Shown in pieces: positions 55,835-64,000 of a DNA stretch of 64,000 nt; position 1 is the stretch's first letter, and each line of letters opens with the position of its first letter. Source of the stretch: Nitrosopumilaceae archaeon (GTDB taxonomy: Archaea > Thermoproteota > Nitrososphaeria > Nitrososphaerales > Nitrosopumilaceae); assembly GCA_965203465.1 (NCBI GenBank), contig CBDBCR010000003.1, positions 32,001-96,000 of the forward strand, in the 5' to 3' direction. The notes beneath the pieces were generated by a model. That model had not been told where the DNA came from. It worked only from the letters and a program-made list of their open reading frames with translations, and ran no database searches. The translations under genes and the position numbers were made by a program.

Positions 55835-58450
55835 CTAGGCTCTGCGCGACAGGCGCCTGTAGGCGAATACGGCGGCGGCCGGCGAGCCCACAAGAGAGGC
55901 GTTGAACAGTATAACGAGCGAGCCGAGCAGCACAGTCTGGGCCTCCGATTCCGCCAGTTCCATTATTCCCAGAGACCAGAGCAGAGGCTGCAGGGATGCC
56001 TGGACTGCCTGCTTGAAGGCCGGGCTGGACCTTTCCAGGTCGGCGACGGCCGGCGAAAAGGCATAGTAGAACTGGTTGAAACCTGACATGAATACAGAGC
56101 CTGCGCCCGTCGAGAGGGCGCCGTCGCGGACTTCGCGCAGCCGCTGCACCTGCTCTGACATCTCGGTGCCGTACGCGGCCGTGGCTACCAGGCAGCCGCC
56201 TCCGTCGTCTGCCGGAACGGGCGTGCAGGTCCCGTCGTCGGCGAGGAACGTGCCGGGGCCGCAGACCGGATCTGCCGGCTCTGGCTCGTCGGTGATCGGC
56301 TCTTGGGTGACAGGTTCCTGCGTGATCGGAGCTGGCGGCTCGGGTGCCGGCGGCTCGGGGTCTTTGGGCGGCTCTACTACGGGCGCTGCCGGCTCTGCGG
56401 GCGGCTCGGGCTGCTCGACGGGTTCGGCGCGCTCGGCCTGCCGCTGCTCGGGCTCTACCTCGAAGGGCTGGGAAGTCGCCCTCGGCTCTGGCGTATCGAA
56501 CGTCCTGGTCCCCGTGCACGAATCGATGTTTACGGATTCGGTGTCCGACGCGATGGTGCGGTTGGAGACGAGCGTGGCCGAGATCCTGGCGAAAGATTCC
56601 GAAGATCCGAACGGAGCGGTGAATTCGGTGTACCCGTCAGAGTCGCCCGACGGCGTCATGCGGATCACGCCGGCCACGGGCATGCGGACGGTCACGTCGA
56701 GCGAGCCCGACGACGGGCCGGCCACCACGTCGATCGTGTTGGCCTCGCAGTCCCACGAGACGGATCGTATGTACACCGCGTCTGTCACGGCGCCCCCGTC
56801 CAGCGTGGTTCCCGAGACGCGGGCGCCGCCGCCCCCTCCTCCTCCGCCGCCGCCTCCGCCTCCGGCGGAAGTCCTCTGCGGCGGGGCCGTGACGTCGAGG
56901 GTGGCGCGCTCGGGCGCGGCCGGGGCAGGTGCCGGCGCGGTCTGGGTGGTGTACGAGGTCTGCCACCTGCCGTCTATGAACCTGAGCGTCTCGTAGGCCG
57001 CAGAGGCCAAGTCGCCCTTGGCGTCGAGCTGCGTGCTGCCCATCAGCCCGCGGTGCCCGAGGGCCGCGGACGGTATGGCGTTGCCCAAGCCGCCGTCGCC
57101 CGTCACCGCGGTCGAATCGGAGAGCACCAAGGCCTTGCCCAATACCTGCACGGAATCGTAGGCGGCGTACGCTCCCGAATAGACGCGCGTTTCCCGTTCG
57201 GTGATGTCGAGCCTGTCCTGTATCGCGTTGGTCACCCTCGGGAACGAGTCGTGGCTTCTGTCGGGCGCGTCGTCGATCACGGTGAATTGGTCCCTGACGA
57301 ACGACAGCACCTGGGCGGACGCGCCGTCGGTGACGGGCCAGAACTGCGCCCCGTACCAGTTCAGCGCCGCAAGCGCTGGATCCGCGGCGGCGGCCTCGAC
57401 GATGAGGGCGCCGTCGTCCCGGAACGGGGCGAGCAGCACTACGGTATTGCCCGAGACCGCGCTGGCCACGTCGGCCGTGACCGGCGTGCCGCTGCCCAGC
57501 GATATTATGGCTGCCGGATCGTATGCCACCGGCGCCACGGTTATGCCCGAGGCGCTGCGCCGCACCGACTCCAGCAGGGATGTGCCCCACGGGTCGCTGT
57601 CCCGGTGGACCACCACTACCGTCTGCACGCCCTGCCCGGCCAGCCTGTCTGTGAAGAACTTGCCCTGGTTGGCCGTGGGCGAGAGGAACCGGAATATGTT
57701 GTCTTCCAGCGCGAGGGCAGACGAGACCGAGCAGCAGCTCAAGAGCAGCATGCCGTTGTCGTCGGCGTATTGGCGCACGCTTGCAAGCTCTGTAGAGCTG
57801 ACCGGGCCGAACACGATTTTGGTGCCCAGCATGTTCATGCCCTGGAGTTCGGAAAGGGCCGTCGCCGGCAGCGACGCGGTGTCGCGCGCGTCCAGCTGGA
57901 GCCGCCATTTCGAGTCCGTGCTCACGAACCTCGCGTTCAGATCCTCCACCCCCTCGCGTAGCGCGGCCTCTGCCGGCTCCCCGTACTCTGCGAGGCCGCC
58001 GGTCCGCGCCACCAGCGCGCCGACCCGGACCGTCGTGGGATCCGCCGGCACTGCCGGGGCCCCGACCACCTGTATGCTGAACTCACGGAACACGCCGGCC
58101 TGCCCCGCCGCCGTCGGCATCGCGTACAGCATCGGGCTGTACGCAGTGCCGACTTGGGCAGTTGCCGGCACCGTCACGGTCATCTCCATGTCCAGCGTGC
58201 CGCCGGCCGGAATCTGCGCGCGCGGGGGCGACAGCTGCGTCGTCAGGCCGTCGGCGCCCCTCACCGTAAACTCCACGCCGGTCGCGGCGTCCGACGTGAG
58301 GCGCAGCACCAGTATGCGCGAATCGCCGGCCTCCATCTCGACGCCGAGGCCGGACGAATAGACCGGATCGTACGCCAGGCCGAACGCCTGCGGCGCGGCA
58401 GCCGCCGCGGCGAGCGCCAAGAGCGTCGCGGTCAGCAGCGTGCGGGACAT
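55835..58450 (-). CDS. Surface protein: Ig-like N-domain + type I periplasmic-binding (Leu/Ile/Val-like) domain + Gly/Pro linkers + CFI-box-CTERM anchor
   Basis: Signal peptide; 'VRVGALVARTG', 'GPVSS', 'YAAYDSV', 'GDLASAAY'; 'GGGCLVATAAYGTEM..QVQRLREVRD..FNQFYY.FSP', TM segment and basic tail. Confidence 0.9.
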   Translation of the reverse strand: MSRTLLTATLLALAAAAAAPQAFGLAYDPVYSSGLGVEMEAGDSRILVLRLTSDAATGVEFTVRGADGLTTQLSPPRAQIPAGGTLDMEMTVTVPATAQVGTAYSPMLYAMPTAAGQAGVFREFSIQVVGAPAVPADPTTVRVGALVARTGGLAEYGEPAEAALREGVEDLNARFVSTDSKWRLQLDARDTASLPATALSELQGMNMLGTKIVFGPVSSTELASVRQYADDNGMLLLSCCSVSSALALEDNIFRFLSPTANQGKFFTDRLAGQGVQTVVVVHRDSDPWGTSLLESVRRSASGITVAPVAYDPAAIISLGSGTPVTADVASAVSGNTVVLLAPFRDDGALIVEAAAADPALAALNWYGAQFWPVTDGASAQVLSFVRDQFTVIDDAPDRSHDSFPRVTNAIQDRLDITERETRVYSGAYAAYDSVQVLGKALVLSDSTAVTGDGGLGNAIPSAALGHRGLMGSTQLDAKGDLASAAYETLRFIDGRWQTSYTTQTAPAPAPAAPERATLDVTAPPQRTSAGGGGGGGGGGGGGARVSGTTLDGGAVTDAVYIRSVSWDCEANTIDVVAGPSSGSLDVTVRMPVAGVIRMTPSGDSDGYTEFTAPFGSSESFARISATLVSNRTIASDTESVNIDSCTGTRTFDTPEPRATSQPFEVEPEQRQAERAEPVEQPEPPAEPAAPVVEPPKDPEPPAPEPPAPITQEPVTQEPITDEPEPADPVCGPGTFLADDGTCTPVPADDGGGCLVATAAYGTEMSEQVQRLREVRDGALSTGAGSVFMSGFNQFYYAFSPAVADLERSSPAFKQAVQASLQPLLWSLGIMELAESEAQTVLLGSLVILFNASLVGSPAAAVFAYRRLSRRA

Positions 58451-58451
58451 T

Positions 58452-60656
58452 TTATCCACAGCTTGCAAAGAGCGATATTACCTGCGAGAGCGAATCGTCC
58501 CCTGTGGGCAGCACCCTGCCGGAGTGGGCCACCTTGAACTCTAGGTCGGAGGAGGTTCCCGACGCGGGCAGGAACGAGCCAAGGGAGACGAACTCGCCCG
58601 GCTCGAGCTCTACGAACGTCCCTCCCACCTTTACCGACGTGGTCAGGGTGGCGTACTCGTTGCCCGCCGAGTCGATCCACGGAGCCACCCGCAGCTGGAG
58701 CTCTTGGAGTGCCTCGTTGCCCACGTTGGTCACGGACTGGCGCACGACGGGCGACTCGCCGCCGGTCACTATGCCGAACGAGACGGCCGAGCCGGTCGCC
58801 GAGCAGGCGGACGCCACCTGGCTGCCCGACACGTCGGAGCTTATCAGCCGCAGGTTCTGAAGCTGCGGATCGGAATAGGCGGGCAGGTAGTTTATCCTGC
58901 CCTGCACGCGCTCGGCCAGCGACGTGTACGGGCCGCTGCTGTCGCCCCAGTAGTTGTAGCCGGCCACCAGTGTGGCGGGGGTCAGGTTTATCACGTCGTC
59001 GCCATCGTTCGAGACAAAACTGTTGTTGTACACGTCGATGGCGTGATCTATGTGCCGTTCGGCTATCGTGAAATCGGCAATGGCGGTGCCCAGTTGATCC
59101 TCGTGCACGCCGCAACCGCCCTGGCATATCAGCACGCCGTTGTGGCTCTCACGGATGGTATTGTCGTATATCTTGATGTGGCGGTTGTCGCCTCCCCAGA
59201 CGATGATCGCCGCCTCTACTACCCCCTCCGCGGCACCGGTGGTAAAGTCGTACCCCACGCGGCCGTTGTCGTTGAATACCTTGGGGTACCTGAACTTCAG
59301 TTCTTTGTTGATGTAGTTGTTGTTTGCGCCCTTTATCTCGTTGTCGTAAATGTAGACCGTCTCGCCCGCATAGTCCCTGGCCGGCCTGGACGCCTTTTGG
59401 ATCGCGAACGCGAGCATGTCCTCTATGGTGTTGCCGCTGATGTGCGTGTCCGTCAACATCCCGTTGCCGAGGTTTATCCCCGCGAACGACGGGTTTCTGA
59501 TGTAGTTGTCCGTTATGTCTAGGCCTTCGACGGTGGCGCCGGTGCTCGGAAGGAAGCGGATGGCGGTCATGAGAGATCCGTTCCTTGTATCGCCCGCGTT
59601 GGGCAGGGCCTCGTTCCGTCCGATGTCTATCAGGGTGTTGCTGGAGATCTTTATGTTTTTGAATTCCGAGCCTGCTGGTGTCCACAAGAGTATCCCGTGC
59701 CTGCTGGTGTTCTCGAACGTGCTGTTTTCAACGGTGATGTTTTCAAGCAGCGGAAGGTTGTAAGTGCGGTTCTCGTTTAGCAGGACGACCGCGGGCTGGC
59801 GCCAATGCGACGTAATGTCCCTGAACGTCACGCCGTCTATCTCCACGTCGTTGCTGGTCACGATGATGGCGACGTTGCCGGTTATGAGCCCGGGTCCCTT
59901 TAGCGTCATCGGCTTGTTTAGTTTAAGGAGCGTATCGCTTGTAAAAGACTTGGTCTCGCTGTTGAGGTGGAGTGTTGTTCCGTACCCAAGGCCGTCGATC
60001 AAGGCCTGGGTAAGGTTGCCGGTGCCAGGATCTAGAACCTGCATGGGGCGCAAAAAGACGCTTACGTGGTCTCTGGCGACCCTTGTTTCTTGGCTTCTCG
60101 GCGGATTTGTCTCTCCTGTACTTACGTAAGTCTGGTCGTTGGTTACGCTGTCGCATGTGATATCGTAATTTGGATGATTCGCGGTTGCGTCGCACCGGGG
60201 GTCGTAGTTTGCGTTCGGATACGTCGCCGCCAGTACAAAGACGAGCGTCTCAGTGCTCAGGTTCGTGGCAACGGGCGTAGTAAACGTCGCAATCAGATCG
60301 GTCGGGTTGTTTATGGTGACCCGAGTCAGGTTGGCGCCGGGCAACGGGGCGTCGAACTCGCCCGAATTCGCCAAGCGCTGCGACCAGTGCACGCTCATAG
60401 GCTGGGTTTGGGCAGCCGTGCCGTACGTCCACGATCCGTCCAAGGTGACCGTGTCGCCCCTGTCCGCTACCATGTCGGGCCCCGCATCCGAAGTGTAGTT
60501 TGTCGCGTACGCGGGCGTCAAGGAAGCGACCGCCAAGGCCAGAGCCGCGCAGGCGGCGATAGCCAGAATTCGGGACGGCTCCAAGGGTTTACGACGCCCC
60601 CCCAACGAACAGCCGTCCGGCTGAGCGATCTTTCGGGTTTCTGTTCGGGTGCTCAT
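58452..60656 (-). CDS. Secreted protein: PKD-like domain + parallel beta-helix + conserved C-terminal domain ending ASCG
   Basis: Signal peptide 'ILAIAACAALALAVASLTPAYA'; 'DAGPD..GDTVTLDGS'; Asn-ladder repeats 'ITVENSTF/ISSNTL/ITDNYI/ISGNTI'; 'NYWGDSSGP'. Confidence 0.85.
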   Translation of the reverse strand: MSTRTETRKIAQPDGCSLGGRRKPLEPSRILAIAACAALALAVASLTPAYATNYTSDAGPDMVADRGDTVTLDGSWTYGTAAQTQPMSVHWSQRLANSGEFDAPLPGANLTRVTINNPTDLIATFTTPVATNLSTETLVFVLAATYPNANYDPRCDATANHPNYDITCDSVTNDQTYVSTGETNPPRSQETRVARDHVSVFLRPMQVLDPGTGNLTQALIDGLGYGTTLHLNSETKSFTSDTLLKLNKPMTLKGPGLITGNVAIIVTSNDVEIDGVTFRDITSHWRQPAVVLLNENRTYNLPLLENITVENSTFENTSRHGILLWTPAGSEFKNIKISSNTLIDIGRNEALPNAGDTRNGSLMTAIRFLPSTGATVEGLDITDNYIRNPSFAGINLGNGMLTDTHISGNTIEDMLAFAIQKASRPARDYAGETVYIYDNEIKGANNNYINKELKFRYPKVFNDNGRVGYDFTTGAAEGVVEAAIIVWGGDNRHIKIYDNTIRESHNGVLICQGGCGVHEDQLGTAIADFTIAERHIDHAIDVYNNSFVSNDGDDVINLTPATLVAGYNYWGDSSGPYTSLAERVQGRINYLPAYSDPQLQNLRLISSDVSGSQVASACSATGSAVSFGIVTGGESPVVRQSVTNVGNEALQELQLRVAPWIDSAGNEYATLTTSVKVGGTFVELEPGEFVSLGSFLPASGTSSDLEFKVAHSGRVLPTGDDSLSQVISLFASCG

Positions 60657-60685
60657 GGGTTGCTTCGTCCGGGCCTCGCCAAGTG

Positions 60686-60742
60686 TGTATAAAAGGACTT
60701 CGTTTTTGGGCGGTTTTGCCAGAACCCCCCCCCCCCCCCCCC
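60686..60742 (-). promoter_or_regulatory. TATA box with an upstream G18 tract
   Basis: TTTTATACA on the minus strand (60686-60694); C18 on the plus strand at 60725-60742. Confidence 0.7.
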
Positions 60743-61232
60743 GAGGGGCCGATTTCGCGGTCCGGCGGCAAGAGCGCGGGTCTGGTACGGCCCGGATTGG
60801 CGGCGCGCCGGGCGGCGCCGGCGGGCTCGCGCGGCCGGGCGGCGCGGGCCGCCCCGTACCGGACGCGCCGGAAAGCACGTTCGAGCTCGGGTCGATGTGT
60901 TCGCGACCCGGTGGCGGCAAGGCACCTGCCGGAAACGCTCAAACGCTGGTCGATGTATTCTCCAGGACGGCCGCTCCCCCGGATCGCGCGGCCGAGCTGG
61001 CCGGGGACAGCGGTCTTGCGCGCGTTCCCGTCCCGGCAGGAAAGGCCGGACGCGGCGCCGCAAAATCCTGCCGGCATTCTTGCGCGCGACGCTGCCGCGC
61101 ACCGTCTCGGCGGGCGCCGCGCCGTGAGGCGCGCCGAGCGCGCGGCCGAACGACTGGAAGAGCCCGCGCTTTTGGCACTATGGCGCGGATCGCCTGCGGG
61201 CCGGCGCAGCCCCGCCCCGAACCGCGCCCGTG

Positions 61233-63806
61233 CTACGGCCGGCGCGACAGCCGACGGTACGCCAGAACCGCGGCGGCCGGCGAGCCCACAAGAGAGGCGT
61301 TGAACAGTATAACGAGCGAGCCGAGCAGCACAGTCTGGGCCTCCGATTCCGCCAGTTCCATTATTCCCAGAGACCAGAGCAGAGGCTGCAGGGATGCCTG
61401 GACTGCCTGCTTGAAGGCCGGGCTCGACCTTTCCAGGTCGGCGACGGCCGGCGAAAACGTATAGTAGAATTGGTTAAACCCCGACATGAACGCCGAGCCG
61501 GTACCGGTCGAGAGCGCGCCGTCGCGGACTTCGCGCAGCCGCTGCACCTGCTCGGCCATCTCGGTGCCGTACGCGGCCGTGGCTACCAGGCAGCCGCCTC
61601 CGTCGTCTGCCGGAACGGGCGTGCAGGTCCCGTCGTCGGCGAGGAACGTGCCGGGGCCGCAGACCGGATCTGCCGGCTCTGGCTCGTCGGTGATCGGCTC
61701 TTGGGTGACAGGTTCCTGCGTGATCGGAGCTGGCGGCTCGGGTGCCGGCGGCTCCGGGTCTTTGGGCGGCTCGGCGGCCGGCGGCTCTGCTGCCGGCGGC
61801 GCGGGCTGCTCGACCGGTTCTGCGCGCTCTGCCTGCTGCTGCTCGGGCTCTACCTCGAAGGGCTGGGAAGTCGCCCTCGGCTCTGGCGTATCGAACGTCC
61901 TGGTTCCCGTGCACGAATCGATGTTTACGGATTCGGTGTCCGACGCGATGGTGCGGTTGGAGACGAGCGTGGCCGAGATCCTGGCGAAAGATTCCGAAGA
62001 TCCGAACGGCGCGACAAACTCGGTGTACCCTCCGACTTCTCCTGACTGCGTCATGCGGACGACGCCGGCCACCGGCATGCGGACCGTCACGTCCAGAGAA
62101 CCGGACGACGGGCCGGCCACCACGTTGATCGTGTTGGCCTCGCAGTCCCACGAGGCAGACCGGATATAGACCGCGTCGGCGACGGCGCCCCCGTCTAGGG
62201 TCGTTCCAGAGACTCGGGCGCCGCCGCCCCCTCCGCCGCCGCCACCGCCTCCGCCTCCGCTGGATATCGTTCTCTGCGGCGGGGCCGTGACGTCTAGCGT
62301 GACGCGCTCGACGGGCGCATCGGCCGGCGCCGGCTGCGACGTGTACGAGACCGTCCAGTCGCCGTTTGCGTACCTGAGCGTCTCGTACGCGGCCGACGCC
62401 AGGTCGCCCCTCGCGTCGAGCCGCATGTCGCCCATCAGCCCGCGGTGGCCGAGGGCCGCGGCCGGTATCCCGTCGCCCAGGCCGCCCTCGCCGGTCACCG
62501 CCGCCGAGCCGGCGGCCGCGATGGCCTTGCCCAGTATCTGCACGGAATCGTAGGCGGCGTACGCCCCCGAATAGACGCGCCTTTCGTTGCCCAGTTCCGC
62601 CTGTATCGCCCTCTCCACGCCTTCGAACAGGGCGTGGCCGCGGTCCGGCGCGTCGTCTATCACCGTAAAGCGCTCCGAGACGAACTGCGAGACGGCCGGC
62701 GTCACGGTGGGCCAGAACTGCGCCCCGTACCAGTCCAGCGCCGAAAGAGCCGGGCTCGCGGCGGCGGCCGCGACTATGAGGTCGCCGTCGGCCTGGTACG
62801 AGGCGAGCAGCACCACGGTTCTGCCCGAGACCCCGGCCTCAAGGCCGGATGCCACCGACGACGCGTCCCCGATGGACGACGGATCGTAGGCTACCGGGAC
62901 CACGGCGGCCGGCGCGTTGCTCCGCACCGATTCGAGCAGGGACGTTCCCCACGGGTCGCCGGCGCGGTACGCCACTATCACGGTCTGCACGCCCTGCCCG
63001 GCGAGCCGGCCAGCGAAGAACTCGCCCTGGTTTGCCGTCGGCGAGAGGAACCTGAATACGTTGTCTTCCAGCGCCAGGGCAGACGAGACCGAGCAGCAGC
63101 TCAAGAGCATCATCCCGTTGTCGCCCGCGTACTCGCGCACGCTTGCAAGCTCTGACGAGCTGACCGGCCCCAGGACTATCTTGGTGCCGAGGGAGTTCAT
63201 TTCCTGCAGCTCCGAAAGGGCCGTCGACGGGGCGGACTGCGTGTCGCGCTTGTCCAGCTGGATTCTCCACTTTGAGTTGGTGTCGGCGAACCGCTTGTTC
63301 AGATCCTCTGCCCCCTTGTCGATCGCCGCCTCCACCGGGGCCCCGAGGCTGCCGAGCGAGCCGGTGCGCGAGATCAGCGCGCCGACCCGGACCGTCTCGG
63401 TCGCGACGGGGGCCGGCGCCGCCACGGTGACGGTAAAGTCCCGGTACAGCCCGCCCTGCCCCGCACCGGACGGGACCGCGTACAGCGCCAGGCTGTACGT
63501 GTCCCCGACATCCGCGGTAGACGGCACCGCCACGGTCAGCTCTACGTCCAGCGCGCCGCCGGCCGGAATCTGCGCGCGCTCCGGGTCGATCCGGATGCCC
63601 AGATCCTGCCTGCCCGTCACTTCGAAGGCGACGCCGGCCGCCTCGGCCGACGTGACCCTCAACAGGAGGGCGCGCTGCTCGCCGGCCGGCACCTGCACGT
63701 CCGTGCCGAACGAATAGAGCGGATCGTACCCCAGGGAGAACGCCTGCGGGACCGACGCGGAGGCTGCCGCCGCGATCAGCGCGGCGGCCAGAAGCGCGGG
63801 GGACAT
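61233..63806 (-). CDS. Paralog of 55835-58450 (Ig-like + solute-binding + CFI-box-CTERM)
   Basis: Same architecture and motifs; C-terminal third almost identical in DNA. Confidence 0.9.
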   Translation of the reverse strand: MSPALLAAALIAAAASASVPQAFSLGYDPLYSFGTDVQVPAGEQRALLLRVTSAEAAGVAFEVTGRQDLGIRIDPERAQIPAGGALDVELTVAVPSTADVGDTYSLALYAVPSGAGQGGLYRDFTVTVAAPAPVATETVRVGALISRTGSLGSLGAPVEAAIDKGAEDLNKRFADTNSKWRIQLDKRDTQSAPSTALSELQEMNSLGTKIVLGPVSSSELASVREYAGDNGMMLLSCCSVSSALALEDNVFRFLSPTANQGEFFAGRLAGQGVQTVIVAYRAGDPWGTSLLESVRSNAPAAVVPVAYDPSSIGDASSVASGLEAGVSGRTVVLLASYQADGDLIVAAAAASPALSALDWYGAQFWPTVTPAVSQFVSERFTVIDDAPDRGHALFEGVERAIQAELGNERRVYSGAYAAYDSVQILGKAIAAAGSAAVTGEGGLGDGIPAAALGHRGLMGDMRLDARGDLASAAYETLRYANGDWTVSYTSQPAPADAPVERVTLDVTAPPQRTISSGGGGGGGGGGGGGARVSGTTLDGGAVADAVYIRSASWDCEANTINVVAGPSSGSLDVTVRMPVAGVVRMTQSGEVGGYTEFVAPFGSSESFARISATLVSNRTIASDTESVNIDSCTGTRTFDTPEPRATSQPFEVEPEQQQAERAEPVEQPAPPAAEPPAAEPPKDPEPPAPEPPAPITQEPVTQEPITDEPEPADPVCGPGTFLADDGTCTPVPADDGGGCLVATAAYGTEMAEQVQRLREVRDGALSTGTGSAFMSGFNQFYYTFSPAVADLERSSPAFKQAVQASLQPLLWSLGIMELAESEAQTVLLGSLVILFNASLVGSPAAAVLAYRRLSRRP

Positions 63807-63810
63807 TTTG

Positions 63811-64000
63811 CTATCCGCAGCTGGCAAAGAACGATATCACCTGCGAGAGCGAATCGTCCCCTGTTGGCAGCAACCTGCCAGAGTGAACCACCTTGAATTC
63901 GACGCCCGAAGAGCCGCCCGGCGCCGGCAGGGCCGCGTCGAGCGTGGCAAACTGGCCCGGCGCCAAGTCCACGAACTCCCCGCCTATCTTTACCTGCGTG
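63811..64000 (-). CDS. 3' end (partial) of a paralog of 58452-60656
   Basis: Reads ..VKIGGEFVDLAPGQF..VEFKVVHSGRLLPTGDDSLSQVISFFASCG*, versus ..LEFKVAHSGRVLPTGDDSLSQVISLFASCG*. Confidence 0.85.
   Translation of the reverse strand, partial: TQVKIGGEFVDLAPGQFATLDAALPAPGGSSGVEFKVVHSGRLLPTGDDSLSQVISFFASCG

Noticed and set aside
56824-56866. (CCG/CCT)n tract, also at 62218-62259
   Set aside because: Encodes a poly-Gly linker with mixed codons; ordinary low-complexity sequence
60657-61230. ORFs in the GC-rich spacer and the upstream extension of the 822-aa ORF
   Set aside because: Pro/Arg/Gly-rich translations that cross the TATA box and poly-G tract; most likely non-coding
1-64000. CRISPR array, tRNA or rRNA genes
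   Set aside because: No short repeat-spacer periodicity or cloverleaf/rRNA signatures noticed by eye; all regular repeats are in-frame coding repeats

Overview
High-GC archaeal DNA. Gene content (lsrF-like aldolase, stand-alone A/V-ATPase subunit F, MIT-AAA Vps4/CdvC, F420-type LLM, CFI-box-CTERM proteins, C-terminal CxxCxPPTLG domain) points to a Nitrosopumilaceae/Cenarchaeum-like thaumarchaeote, possibly host-associated (inference). 1-21 kb is mostly core metabolism (carAB, oligoendopeptidase F, glycerate kinase, RidA, DHH) with one IS903-like IS5 element. From about 21.3 kb the window is accessory. It holds a lower-GC defence-type islet (small ORF-PIN-ParB operon with an in-frame TAG; DNA methyltransferase plus frameshifted putative endonuclease), a 27-kb gene for a ~9,050-aa Ig-like-repeat surface protein, IS66-like remnants and a three-gene toxin-antitoxin operon. 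It ends with a tandemly repeated two-gene cassette: a secreted passenger protein with a conserved C-terminal domain, followed by a CFI-box-anchored solute-binding protein. The best candidates for new biology are three hypervariable Cys-pair modules inside the homogenised giant protein, the passenger/anchor cassette (reminiscent of WxL/DUF916 display), and poly-G tracts at both surface-gene promoters. All family calls come from motif recognition by eye; no database searches were run.
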